From Octopus sinensis (taxonomy: Eukaryota): 64,000 nt of DNA. Numbering within the stretch: position 1 is the first letter of the stretch; each line of letters begins with the position of its first letter. Under the pieces are notes generated by a model that saw only the letters and a list, made by a program, of their open reading frames with translations, searched no databases and had not been told where the DNA came from. Where the stretch lies: contig NC_043000.1 in NCBI RefSeq assembly GCF_006345805.1, positions 105,586,001 to 105,650,000 on the forward strand, in the 5' to 3' direction. The translations under genes and the position numbers were made by a program. This document shows, one piece after another, positions 50,101 to 64,000 of the stretch.

Positions 50101-53100
50101 CATCCTTCATGATAAATTTGAGCAAGAATTATAACATTCAGTCAATATCAACTTTTCTGTGCATTATAACTAAATTAATGAAAAACAGAATTAAAGTTAA
50201 GATAAAAAGGAATTACAATATTATTTAAAATATGGGTTATAGGAAATTATCACTTTCCTACAATTTAACCACTTTATTACCAACCTGGCAGATAGTGCGC
50301 AAAATTTTATTTAAATTTGTATAATTCTGATAAATTCCAACATTTTGAGCTCATTTGTTTTTATAACATCTGTTTTATATGTACTCAAGTTCAATTGAAA
50401 ATCCACATTCTTCTATAAGACAACTCTCTTTATATTTGGTATCTGAACAAAACTTTAACATAATTTTACATTTCTATGCATATACCTGTAGTTTGGGGGC
50501 AAAAATTCCATGCAAGATTTACGTAAGAAGCTTTTATTATTAAGTTGTGTTCCAAATACCATATTCATATATTGACAAATAAAAAGTTATTATTGTTTAT
50601 GAAACCAATCTAAGTTCTTAATCATTTTATAATTTGACTGAAACACATAGGGTGTGTATTTTAGATATATGCTAATAGATGAATGGATTAAAACAAATCT
50701 ATTCTCAATAACCAAATTCTAAAAAGAAAAATTGTGAGAAAACCATTTTTAGACAAGTTAAACTGAACCAAATTCAAAGCGTTTTTAATAAATTCTACAA
50801 AATCAAAAGTTAACACCAAATTACTCATGAATAACATCTATCTACTTAGTTGTCTGACTTCCTAACAACAGCAATTGAATATCCATCAAAACACACTATA
50901 TAATCTTAAAAAGGAACAAAATATTGGATAATGTAATCCTTGATAGATGAATAAAAACAAGGTAGTCATATGGCTGCAACACTTTCATCATAGACATGCT
51001 CAGTTAATGCTGACCTAGGGTTTAACAGCAGTATATCTGATCTCCAAAGAAATTTAGGTCTTGCACTCTAGCAACACCCTCTGGAGAGAAAGTGAAACTG
51101 AACATCAGTTCTCTAGTCTCTAAGAGCTAGAAAAGGGTACGGATACAAAGCATTCTCCAATTTTTTAAAAATAAAGCAGAGAAAAAAAAGTCAATCTATG
51201 GAACAAACATAAGGATATGTGTTTCCAATAAGTTTTGGTTTTAAAAGATATTTCTTAAATATTATTTCTCTGTATTTCAAAACAATGTTTCTTTATATTT
51301 TAAATCTTCAATTTTATGCTTGCTGCATTTCTTCACTTACAAAAAGGTTTCTTTCCAAATACAGTTATATTTTGTCAAGTATGTTAATTTTTCAAGATGT
51401 TTATGGAATTTTATGAAATATATATTTTGAGAAAATTGTTTAGAATTCAATTTGATTTCTTTTATCAATTTCCATTTATAAGGCACATATTACTTTTACT
51501 TGTTTAACACACGAGGGAATAAAAACATGTTGGCAGACAATCTTGCAAAAAGATTTAAATGACTAAAATGAATTCATAACCAAACAAAGAATTTAGCTTC
51601 AGATTAAATGACTGCTACGAATAAGAACAATTTTAAAGAATTCAATTGAATTTGTTGAGTATCAATTTATGATTGTATGAAGGCAAAATCTATATGCATT
51701 TTTAAAATAAATTCAACACAGCCCACATGAAAAACTAAAAATAAACAGAAGAGACCAACATTCTAGATTGATGCCCAACAAATTTAATTGTTGACTATAA
51801 ATCATGTTAAATCATTTCAAAGTTGATAATACCCTTGGAGTCACACAACAAGGAAACAGAATCAACTAAATGTGAGGGCTCGTATTTGCAAAGTTTGATA
51901 AAGCTATCAGTTGAAAGTTTTTTTGCATTTATGTTTACACATCATCTCTCTATTTTTATCATTTTATTCATCCACATGTACCACTATGCATGCAATTGCT
52001 ATTCTTTCAAACATTTCATGCTGGAAAAAAAAAAGGGTAATTTTTCAAAATTCCATTTGTACCATTTAAAATGCACAACAGCTTTCCAAAAGTTTGAATC
52101 AAATTAACATGGAATTCTGACGTAAAGTTTTAATTTAGAACACTTTAAAACAGGGAATTTACGTCAAAAAAACGAAGTACTGCCTCAGACAGGTTGGTAC
52201 CAAAAAGGTTTAAGATGAGATGGCCAAAGGTTTCATCATTGGTCTGCTTAATCAGAGCTGATATGGGATTAAACAAACACAATTTCAACTTAATTTAAAT
52301 GAATGCGCGCATGCGCACACACACACAGACAAATCCCATTACTGAACTCACCAGCAAGTGGCACACAGAGTAAATTGCTTGACTTGGAAATATCTAAGTA
52401 CTGAGAATTTACTTCAAGAGAAAATTTACTCAGGCCTCATATTCTTACCAATGAAAATATGTTCGCTTCAAGTCAATGAAACAAATTATTACATACATTG
52501 CCAGGATATGAACTGTTGGTGCTTCTGACATTCTATTGGCTAAAATGAAGCAACAGAACAAAAGAAATTAAAAATGGAATTATCTAAATACTAAACTATG
52601 AACAACAGACTGAATAAATGAAGAGAAAACAAAGAACAAACAAAAAGCAGGTGTCACAAAAAAATTCATTAGGACATAACAGTGTAAATCAATTTTACTT
52701 TATTACAATGATAAAGATATAATTGCAATTATATCATAATAAATAGTGAATAGTGTTATTATTAAAAGAAATAGCAAAACATATTGTCTTTAAATTAAAA
52801 ATTGCTAATTAATAATTACATTATATAGAAAGTTTTAATAGCTAAAACTATATGGTTAAAATGCTGGGTGACTGACAAAGGTCAGCATAAATTCTACTGC
52901 AACTTAGATACACACCTCAGTCAACTTCATTGAAATATCTTGGTTGAATGATTGGTGTCCCAGAAAAACATGTAAATATACTAAAATACTGAAATTTGGA
53001 GAACACCCATACTTTTATGATCAGTATAGATAGAGCAGAGCAATTAAGAATTAGCTCTAACTGCCCTATAAAATGGCTCCAAATGGTGCAGCTGATTTCC

Positions 53101-53699
53101 TGTCAGATAACTTATCTCCAGTGCATCCTCATCGTGGCATTGGCACCACTACACTGGGTATGAAAGTAAGTACTCGACACTAGACATCCACTGCTCACTC
53201 AAAATTCAGTATATATCTGCTCCAAAATCCTGTGACTACAGGTGGTCACTACTGTGTTTGTAGGTATCCTATGGTATACCAGAATTTAGTGAATCAGTAA
53301 TTTAATGAATTTTGCCTAACAGTCATTACTACAGACAATTAGTCACCACAAACTATTAAAGGAGCCAATATCTTATAGGCATCATCTTGCTATATAACTA
53401 AGTGAATGAATTTCATTGCACCTTTTATTTATTGAAATATTTTCTGACTCTGACAAAAAAGCCTAGTCTTTGTGATGTAGTTTTGGCAACTTAATGAAAT
53501 ACTGGAATCAGTTAAGAGCAAAGTTACACAAATTGAATGAAATGAGAGGACAATGACACAAATTCAAACATATTTGATTCATGGAGGAAGATTTTAAGAT
53601 TATTTGTTCATTCTTATTGCAAGGTATTAGCTGTAGAATCTAAATCACAATCTTTAAACAATGAATATTATATCATCTTTTGATAAAGACATTTCCCTA

Positions 53700-54956
53700 A
53701 ATACAGTGTAAGCTATGGACACATAAGACGTGCAGCAATGTCAAAGGAAGGCTAACTGGGAAGATAGTTTTTGTATGTGGAAGATGCTCGGGAGCATTAA
53801 ACTCTGAAAATCTGCAGAAAACAACTTCCGTCACTTTCCAGGGGGAAAAACTAGAAGTAGTTGATAGCTTCCGTTATCTAGGTGACCAAGTCAGTAGTGG
53901 GGGTGGGTGCGTTGAAAGTGTAACTGCTAGAGTAAGAATAGCCTGGGCAAAGTTTAGGGAGCTCTTACCTCTGCTGGTGACTAAAGGCCTCTCGCTCAGA
54001 GTAAAAGGCAGACTGTATGATGCATGTGTACGAACAGCCATGCTACATGGCAGTGAAACATGGGCCGTGACTGCTGAGGACATGCGTAAGCTCACGAGGA
54101 ATGAAGCCAGTATGCTCCGATGGATGTGTAATGTCAGTGTGCATACTTGACAGAGCATTAGTACCTTGAGAGAACTGTTGGACCTAAGAAGCATCAGTTG
54201 TGGTGTGCAAGACAGATGATTGCGCTGGTATGGTCATGTGGCGAGAATGGATGAAGATAGGTGTGTGAAAAAGTGCCAATCCCTAGCAGTTGAGGGAACC
54301 CATGGAAGAGGTAGACCCAGGAAAACCTGGGACGAGGTGGTGAAGCACGACCTTCGAACTTTAGGCCTCACTGAGGAAATGACCAGCAACCAAGACCTTT
54401 GGAAATATGCTGTACGTGAGAAGACCAGGCAGGACAAGTGAGTCCAGCCCACTTATGCATGCCTTTCCTCCCTTGGACACACAAAGACCTGTTGAGGCAA
54501 GCGAAGTCGATATCGAACCTCATCCGACGACAGGCACCCAATCGAAATCGAAATTGAACCAATCCTATGACTGGCACCCGGCAGATGCCAGGACCCCTGG
54601 ACTGGTGGCACATAAAAAGCACCATCCGAATCGTGGCCGAAGCCAGTGCCGCCTCGACTGGCTTCCGTGCCAGTGGCACGTAAAATGCACCAATCTGACT
54701 GTGGCCGTTGCCAGCCTCGCCTGGCACCTGCTTAGGTGGCATGTAAAAAGCACCCACTACACTCACGGAGTGGTTGGCATTAGGAAGGGTATCCAGCTGT
54801 AGAAACATTGCCAGATAAGACTGGAGCCTGGTGCAGTCTTCTGGCTTGCCAGATAAGACTGGAGCCTGGTGCAGTCTTCTGGCTTCCCAGATCCCCGGTC
54901 GAACCGTCCAATCCATGCTAGCATGGAGAAAGGACGTTAAACGATGATGATGATGA
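53700..54956 (+). mobile_element. RTE LINE, 5'-truncated, with 3' UTR and (GAT)n tail
   Basis: LEVVDSFRYLGDQVSSGGGC, RWYGHVARMDEDRCVKKC...GRGRPRKTWDEVVKHDL and the tail gttaaacgatgatgatgatga. Confidence 0.95.
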
Positions 54957-57817
54957 CATTAACAACAGGAAGGACATCTAGCTGTAGAAAATGTGCCTCA
55001 ACAAACTCAATCCAACTCGTGCAAGATAGAAAAGTGGATGTTAAAATGAGGATGATGATAAAATAGTCAAAAACATGTAACACAAAAAAATCCACCACGA
55101 AGGAAAAGAACCAGACCAGACAACTAGCTTAATAACTCCTTTCATAAATTAATTTACATTTTATTCCCCACCCACATATTTTTGAGTGTTATCAAATATG
55201 TTCATTTACAATCATTAAATTATAGCAGGTGCTTGACATAATGTTAAAGTTTTCAAGAAATGATATCGGCAAACCTAATTTTGAATCAAAGGCAGGGCAG
55301 AATTTTCAACACAAGCACTGCTCTTGAAATAGTAATACTTGTCATGGCATTTATAATTCTTTCTCACATTATACTTATAATGTGATATTTGATTATTAAC
55401 TTTCAAAAGAAATAGCTTCTTTATAAGTGTAAAAACTATAATAAACTGCAAGTTAGCACTGTGTTCACCTTCCAAACAATGGCCACAGCATGAAAAACAC
55501 ACTGTAATTCAAGACACCTTAAACACACTTTGGTTTTCAACCTGCTTTATTGCTTTTAAAGATTTACACATACCCCAAGAACCAATCATACATAGTTACT
55601 ATTCAAATTAAGTATCTACTCCAGCAACCAAAAGATGTCATGACAAAGTATTCTTAATATACTGTATAACACAAACTCATAAGGCACCACATCTGTCAGC
55701 AAGTTCTATATTGCCTGAAACCACACAAATTGAACTAACCTTGTGGATCATTTTAAAGGAAACTTTAATCCTTCAGTAGTCATTTATCTTATATTCTGTA
55801 ATATTTGTTATTAACATCAGTGTTACTGTATTTTTGCAATTTTTCCCCCCTTCTTTTAAAAAAAAAAATTGAAACCTTCTTTGAAAAATGGCTACTAATC
55901 ATTCCTTAATTGACAACTTGTTTGATGATTTAATCAATGAAGTAATGGCCGATAAGGCTTGACATTACAATCAGAGTAATACATCTATTTCTTCTGTTAA
56001 CACTGACTTCAATTCATCAGATTTTTCCATCAAGTGACTTTAACTAAATACTGCCTAAAAAGTGGTTAGGTACTGAACTTCTTACACAAATGTTGTTGAT
56101 CCAAAAAATTCCCTTAGGACTTGATGTAAAGCTTGTTGAGTATTTTTTTCAATTGTTTTCCACTGAGTTTTCATCAGTACACCTGCCAAACTAATTTGAA
56201 AGCAGAACAAAAAGAGGTTGTCAACTTTGTTCCTACACGTTGAAATTTGTGCATTCTTGGGTATGTTGTTTATGATCAGAGTAACATTTTACCTGTAAAT
56301 TTCATAATGGATAAGCTGCAAAAAGGTCAGAGAATTTTTTTTTCCTTGTGATATTAGTATGTCAATGACCAATTGTATTTATTACTAGCATCATTCTTTC
56401 CATCACCTTTTTTAGTGTATCTGTTATTTTTGAGTGCATCTAGTTATTATGTAATTAATTAACTGCACATGCATAACATTATTTTTAGCACAAATGGCTA
56501 CTTATATTTTTAAAAAAAACTAAGTTTTTTTTCTGCAATACTGCCAATTTTTACACAATGATCTAACCTCAAGTCAAAATACTATAAGCATTTGAATAAA
56601 CAAACCTATTTTTACATATTTTCTGTTCATTCATTACAAAACTGAACAGGATGTTAAAAGTTAACATAAAAAAGTTCTAAGTAATACATGTATAATTTTT
56701 CAGTATGATTAAGAAAGTAGAAAAAAAAATCAATCTACCAATATATTCTAATCCAATAAGTACTGTAGGTGTTAGAAATGGCATTTAAAGAGAACTTACA
56801 ATTTCATGAAGGTAATTAGACGTGTAATTTAATTTTTATAAATGCTTAGAAAAAATAGTAAGCACATTTAAGTTTTTCATAAGTCTCTTTTAATCTTTCT
56901 TATAATTGTCAATGAAAATGTTGGTAGAGTTAGCAGAAGAGGTACTGCTTAATATTACTTAAGTTTCATCTTTCTGTGTCTGAAAAAATAGGCATGGTTG
57001 GGTGGCAACAAAGTATGCTTCATAACCACAAGATTTCACGTTCCAGCCAAGTGTGTGGCACTTTTGATAAGTGTCTTTTATTAAAGCAGTATAATGAGGG
57101 AAATTAGTAGACAGAAAATGTGCAGAAACTAGTTGTGTGTGTGTGTGAATATTTTTGTTTGTGTTTCTTCACATCAATTTTGTGGGCAACAGCACAACCA
57201 TGCTCAGCAGTTTCAATGTATGAAGATCATACCTCACTTGAAAAAAAAAAGTAAAGGATGACAACTGGAAGGGTATCAAGCCAAGAATATTGCATCAATA
57301 AGTCCTGTCCAATTCATACAAACATTGAAAAAAACAATCAAAAACAATGATAATGAGGAATACACTAGAGATGATGAAGTCAATTGTAACTTTCTCAACA
57401 AAAATTGGCCGCTTATTATTCATACAAGAAAGTCAGTCATTATTATTGTCAACTTCACTAATGGAAGTTCAAAAGGTAATTATTAGCAACTAGCAAACCT
57501 TGGGGAAAACCTAAGTGGCAGAATGAGACAGAAATAACACCATCAATCAGTATGTGTTGCAATCAAGCTTCTGATCCAAGTGACAAGAGACAACAAATCC
57601 CAATATTTCATCTCCAAAGCATCGACACATGGAATTCCTACCCTGCCCATGTTTATCCTACATTCAGAACACCAAATGCATCAAACTTCCTCAAAGGGCT
57701 TGCCAAATTGTATCATTAAAAAGTACAAAACATGAACACCACACACTTCTCAAGAAAGTGATGTTATATAAGTTGTGTAGGGGCACTGCTGAAGACTGTG
57801 TTCACGATATGATTCAA

Positions 57818-58030
57818 AAGGCGGTGAGCTGGCAGAATCGTTAGCACACAGGGCAAAATGGTTCGCAGTATTTCACCCATCGTTCCATTCTGAGTGCAAA
57901 ATCTGCAGAGTTCGACATTGCCTTTCATCCTTTCAGGGTCAATAAAGTAAGTACTAGTTGCATACTTGGTCAATCTAATCAACTGACCCCCCCTCCCCCC
58001 AAAATTTTGGGCCTTGTGCCTAGAGTAGAA
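57818..58030 (+). mobile_element. tRNA-derived SINE (second family)
   Basis: ggcggtgagctggcagaatcgttagc (A-box-like)...ttctgagtgcaaaatctgc...ttgcctttcatcctttcagggtcaataaagtaagtact...ggccttgtgcc. Confidence 0.75.
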
Positions 58031-58963
58031 ATGGATATGATTCAAAAGAAAATAACCTGTAGCAGACCCCATTGATTTTTAATTCTTCCACAGAATTTGT
58101 CAACCATGCTATGCTTCTACACTTTACAAAAGAGAACTGGAGTTTCATAACTTTAGTTTTTAAAAATTATCTGAATGCATAAAATTTGAATTTTCAGTGA
58201 AAAACTATTGATAATCTAGTAATAGTTAAAAACAATTGCATTAATACATCATAGAACACACACTAGAGCAAGAGGAATGCTCATATCAAATAATATCATT
58301 TGGTGAGAGTATTCTCATCAAATGCAAGTATTTTTAAACTATTGTTTCTGCTAATACTAGAGAAAAACATGAACATCTTTCATAAATCCTCTTTCATGAA
58401 CATCTTCATAAACCCTCTTTCATAAGTTAGACATCATGATCAAAGGTAAGAAATCATTATCAATTCTTGCTCTCAATAGATTGTTATTGGGAATCCCAAA
58501 AGAAACATTATTATATAGCCAAATCCAAGGTTAAAAGACGGTTACCAAGGTTATGGTTTGCACATAAACTTCCGAAGTCCCAATTACCTGCATAACAAAA
58601 CATTGCCTATTTCTGTGCATGTTACTCTTGAATAAATAATTGGCTTATTTGAACCTCTATATAACTAAATACTTGTTGCGGTCATCTTACATCTGAAAAC
58701 AATAATTAAAAGTGGAGAGCTGAATTTGATAATGCTTCATTTAATGGTCCCTCAAACAGGTGATGCTAAAGCACAACCACAATACTACTGTTGCAACTGT
58801 TATTACATCATATATATGTACATTTAAGCAGTGATGCAGAATTTCTACTAGTTCTCAAAAATAGCAATCCTTCACTAAGCCGCTATTTCAGTTTATCTTC
58901 CAATCATCCAAGACACCAATTTGCTCTGTGAAAAGTAAAAAATGTTACAACCTTCATTAACCC

Positions 58964-59192
58964 TTAACCCTTTAGTGTTCACATTATTCTGCCAAAATTA
59001 ATGCTTCTTTATCCACATTGTTTTGAACTAATCATGCATTATCTTGTAGCTATGAGATTTTGATGAGGTAGCTGTTAATTTCTAAAACAATATTGTAGGG
59101 TTGGTGTGAGAGATCAGATCTGGCCAGTTTGAACATAAAACAGGCAGAATACTTTTGGCCAGATACGGCCAGTTTAAATGCTAAAGGGTTAA
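58964..59192. mobile_element. piggyBac-type MITE copy 3
   Basis: TTAA-CCCTTTAGTGTT...AATGCTAAAGGG-TTAA, homologous to copies 1 and 2. Confidence 0.85.
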
Positions 59193-59624
59193 ACTCTTAG
59201 ACTTCTAAATTCTTCATTAACAATTGAATTCCTTCTCTTACTCAAATTAATTTAAATCAACATATCTCTATGTTTAAGGTACAACAACCAGTCTAGCAGA
59301 CAATCTCACCTCAGTGAACCATTTTATTAGTTAGTTTACACAAATACACAAAAAAATTAATTCTAACCATGATTGCTTTACGTTGAACATCATCATAGCC
59401 AGAATCTTAAAATGATACAAACAGGACTATCACTACTAGTAAATTCTGAAAATTATCTGGCAAGTTTGATGGGGAAAACTTAACACAAAATTTAAGAAGT
59501 TTAGAGAACTATAAAATATATACTTTCTTTGAAAGTTGTAGTTTTCTAAAACATTTGATTCTTGAGATAGTGTAAAGGTTCACAAAGGTAATATTGAAAA
59601 TGCAGTCTTTCTGAAACCTGTAGT

Positions 59625-61860
59625 CCTCATATGTTTCCAAGAAATTTGATGAGAAGGAGGAGGAGTTATGGACATCAGACATAGAAAGTAGCTGGAAATT
59701 CCTACAGGACAGCTTGCTGAGTGCCACAGACCAAGTCTGCAGATGGTGCAAAGTCCCTTCCAGACCTAGAGCAACGTGGTGGTGGAATAGTACAGTAGAC
59801 AAAGTCATTAGAGTAAAGAAACAAGCCTGGAAGGGTGGGGGTAGCAAGGAACTGTACCAGCTAGCCAAAAGGGAGGCTGGTCAGCAGGTATACATAGCCA
59901 AGGGAGAAGCAGAAAATAAGAAGTTTGCAATGCTAATATAAGAAGTCCAGCAATGTGAGGACCAAAGAACTGAAGTATTTTGGATTGCAAGACAGTGTGT
60001 GAGAGAAAATTGCAATGTCACAGGATAGAAATGTGTCTGCATGGATGATGGTGCACTTGCTTTTAATGATTCGGAAAAGAAAGAGGCTTGGCGAAGCCAT
60101 TATGAAAGACTGCTGAACGTGGAGAATGAATGGGAGGAGGAGAGCCTGCCAAATGTTGACCCAGTAGAGGGACCAGCTATCCGAATAGACAGCTCCCTGG
60201 TAAATAAAGCAATTAAGGATATGAAGCCAGGAAAAGCCCCCCAGCCCCCCAGGAATCACTAATGAGATGCTAAAAACATCTGGTAGTGTGGGCATGGCCT
60301 AGTCACTCGCATTGTAAACCAGGTAGTCCATGATGGAGTCATACTCAATGACTGGTGTAGCAGCACCATAGTCAACTGCTACAAGGGTGTACAGAGAAGC
60401 CATTAGTAAGGTTAGGATTGGCAATAAGTATAGTGAAGAATTCCAGGTAGAAGTAGGGGTCCACTAAAGATCAGCCCTCAGTCCCCTTTTATTCATCATA
60501 GTCCTCCAGGCAATAAATAACAGAGGAATTCAAGATGGGTTGCCCCTGGGAGCTCCTCTATGCTGATGACCTGGTCCTCATAGCAGAATCACTACCAGAA
60601 CTAGAAGAAATTTCAGGTGTGGAAGCAAGGTTTAGAATCGAAAGGCCTTAGAGTCAATGTTGCAAAGACCAAAGATCTAGTAAGTAGGAAGGCGAATACA
60701 TCATACACCCGCTCAGCTAGGTGGCTCTGCTTGATCTGTAGAAAAGATGTAGTTAGAAACTCCATAAGATGTACCCAGTGTAAGGTATAGACACATAAGA
60801 GGTGCAGCAACACCAAAGAAAGATTAACCAGGAAGATAGCTTTCGTGTATGGCAGTTGCACATGGGCAATAAACACCACAGATGCTCAGAAAACAGATTC
60901 CATCACACTCCAGGGGGAGAAACTAGAAGTAGTCGATAGCTTCCGCTACCTAGGTGACCAAGTTAGTAGTGGAGGTGGATGCTCAGAGAGTGTTACCACT
61001 AGAATAAGAATAGCTTGGGCAAAGTTTAGTAATCTTCTACCCCTACTGGTGACAAAGGGCCTCTCGCTCAGAGTGAAAGGTAGATTGTACGATGCATGTG
61101 TGTGAACTGCCATGCTTCACAACAGTGAAACATGGGCTGTGACTGTGGAGGACGTGTAGGCTCGAAAGAAATGAAGCTAGCATGATCCGCTGAATGTGTA
61201 ATGTCAGTGTGCACACAAAACAGAGTGTAAGTGCCCTGAGAGAAATGTTGGGCATAAGAAGCATTGGATGTGGCATGCAAGAGAGACTTTATGGCTGGTA
61301 TGGTCATGTACTACAGATGGATGAGGAGAGCTGTGTGAAGAAGTGCCACTCCCAAACAGTTGAAGGAATCCGGGGTAGAGGTAGACCCAGGAAGACATGG
61401 GATGAGGTGGTGAAGCATGACCTTTGAATGCTAGGCCTCACAGAGGCAATGACGAAAGACTGAGACCTCTGGAGATATGCTGTGACTGCGAAGACCTGGC
61501 AAATAAAGTAAGCTCACAGTTGTATCCTACATCAGTTTCGAGTTAACCAGCCCAAGCCCATTCAAAAGTACCTTGGATTGTAGGGCGACCTGCTGTGCTT
61601 GAGGAGACCTATTGCATCAAGTACATCAACATCAAAATGAAAATCAAATGGAAATTATAGTTGTGATACCCGTGCCAGTAGCATGTAAAAAGCACCCACT
61701 ACACTCAGAGTAGTTGGCGTTAGGAAGGGCATCCAGCTGTAGAAACACTGCCAGATTAGAATGGAGCCTGGTGCAGCCTCCTGGCTTCCCAAACCCCAGT
61801 CAAACCATCCAACCTATGCTAGCATGGAAAACAGACGTTAAACAATGATGATGATGATGA
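59625..61860 (+). mobile_element. RTE LINE, 5'-truncated with an internal deletion, through to the (GAT)n tail
   Basis: WWWNSTVDK, IKDMKPGKAP, LLYADDLVLIA (YADD at 60559-60570), DSFRYLGDQ, GRGRPRKTWDEVVKHDL and the tail gttaaacaatgatgatgatgatga. Confidence 0.95.
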
Positions 61861-62339
61861 CCTTCGGAGTCGTTACCTAGTATTCTTCAGTTTACATCAG
61901 GTAAAACTATGGAAGAAAATTGAAGACATAATCTATTCATAATATTATTGTGGTACTACTATACAACTACTTTGGTAAAATTTTAACAAATTTTGATATG
62001 CAGTATTCCATCCTTGCTATGTTCAGAACTTAGAACATAAAGAGTTGGAACAAAGGCTGCATACCTTTTTTGTTTTCAAGGTTCTAAAGGTTCCGCCGTC
62101 TTGCCACCAAAAATATAAATATTGTTATTATCTTAAATATATTATGTCTTTGACTTCCTTCCATAGTTCATCAGTCAATTGTCTTACAAATAATCAAAAT
62201 TTTTATGTCTTCCATTTCATTCCACGGAGAATTACTGAGATAGAAGTAAAATATAAACAAATATGAAATGTTTCATTTAGCAGATGACAATCAATTGTAC
62301 TAAAGTGCAAACGTTAAGTGACTGACATTTTTTTTTTCT

Positions 62340-62347
<8 letters not shown>

Positions 62348-62375
<28 letters not shown>
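62348..62375. repeat. (TA)n microsatellite
   Basis: Direct reading. Similar tracts occur at 23666-23690, 26862-26921 and 28418-28445. Confidence 0.9.
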
Positions 62376-62379
<4 letters not shown>

Positions 62380-64000
62380 AAAACTACACTCTTCAGTGTC
62401 CTCCATCTCCATTAACCAATATCCCTACCAAAAACACCATCGCCATTTTAAGAGCTTCTGCAGTTCCCAGTATGGTGTCTGGGTGTGTAATTATATATTG
62501 GTAGTGTCTCTTCCTTCTATTTTCACTCCTATCATATCACCCACTTTTTCCCTTTGCCTTTCCTTCTATTTTAACCACATAAGAGCATTCCTTTTCTTTA
62601 ACTTCTCATCTCTACTAAAGACCCTCCTTTTTATCCTTGTTTCTCCCTTCAACTAACCACTTTACAGGATAACATACATAGGTATATTAGCATGTTTATA
62701 TTATAGATGATTAAGTGATTTTTTGCAGACACAAATTGACCATAAGTAATGATAGCCCATGTCAAAAAGTCACAAAAGGAAAGAAAAACCCTTGATGCCT
62801 ATAAAAAATACTACCAGTAAATAATGTCAGTGACCAGGTTACTAAAGTGCAATGAAAATCTTAGTACCTCAAGAAATAAACAAAGGGGAAAATAAGATTT
62901 TGTGTTTCTAAAAGGCCAAAATGACTCTACCAAATTGTAACTACAGAGAATAGAGCCAACACAAAATCATCGCTGTTGTTCAGTGCTAAGTCAACTCTAA
63001 AGCAGAACAAATTCCAGTCAAAACCATCTTTCTTTCAAAGGTAACTTGAAATATATTGTCCAGCATGTCCTTTCCCAAAACAGTAGTGTGTGTAATTTCA
63101 GGTAGATGTGACTGCTATTTCTAGTAAGTTGAATGACCACATAGAAGCTATACAAAACTTATTCATTCATTAGGTGTCGATTTTCATGGATTTGCATTCT
63201 CTTTCATCTTGGATGATTCTTGCATGCTTTCAATGTAATCCAACTCTTTCAAATCTTTGATATTGTCCATTTACATATTTATAAACATTTTCTTTTAAAG
63301 ACCCAGAATGCACAACATTTATGGAAGAATTTGTCATGCTCAAATGCATTTACAATAAAACCAATGAAAACTATATATTTTGGTTCACTCAAGGGTGGGA
63401 TGATTTTCTACAGACATGGTTCAACCAACGACTTCTTAAGTTACCTATAACTAATGGGATGCCAAATAAGTCTGAGAAATAATTATACCAAATATTATTA
63501 AATCCAAAATTCAAAGAATTTTGGATTTAAGAATAAATCTCAAACTTCTCAATTCAAATGATTATGAACCTTACAATGATGCCAGCCAAGAAATGGAGAA
63601 GATAGTAATGAGTGAATAATAATGCTAGCCTCTTGGGTAAAACAGATTATTTTTAACAAGGTTTTCTCTAAAAAAATATTTTTGAGTTTTTATAAAAACA
63701 TTAGATCTGGAAAATAATTATTTAACTACTATGCTGTTTAAAAGACTTTCGGTATAAAACAAATTCAAGAAAGCATTACATTATATCCCTATAAAGAAAA
63801 TCTTAGAAAACCAGGTGTTGAACTATAATGAATAAAAATGATACTATTGATCAAACAAGTAGTGCCAGTTCTCTAAAATATCAACATAAAAACCTATAAA
63901 GACTTCTAGTAGATACTTATTTCTCATACAAAAAGTGAAAACTAAAAAACACTAATACAAAACAAAATTAAATGTTTGCATATTTTTTTTAACTGTTTTC

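Noticed and set aside
28860-58030. tRNA genes at A-box/B-box-like sequences (29196, 50100, 57818)
   Set aside because: No complete cloverleaf. Each continues into a repeated SINE body.

Overview
AT-rich animal genomic DNA, probably from an octopod cephalopod. This is inferred from the SINE families, the (GAT)n-tailed RTE LINEs and the dense TA/CA microsatellites; it was not database-checked. One protein-coding gene dominates: an NCOA6 (nuclear receptor coactivator 6) orthologue on the minus strand. Four coding exons can be joined by hand at canonical GT-AG sites: 32014-31894 (start exon, absent from the ORF track), 19515-16414, 7561-4166 and 821-687. They give about 2251 codons, and the gene runs off the left edge of the window. 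The rest is intron or upstream DNA filled with decayed transposons: RTE LINEs, three piggyBac derivatives, Tc1/mariner remnants, piggyBac and hAT MITEs, Helitron-like elements and tRNA-derived SINEs. The most notable observations are a minimal type I hammerhead ribozyme motif at 28537-28571, a PHD-like C4HC3 finger inside the reverse transcriptase of three RTE copies, a nested piggyBac cluster with complementary deletions, two NR boxes plus a PPxY motif in NCOA6, all-phase-1 giant exons, and a uORF 2 nt before the start codon. No prokaryotic features were found. All coordinates and alignments were read by eye.
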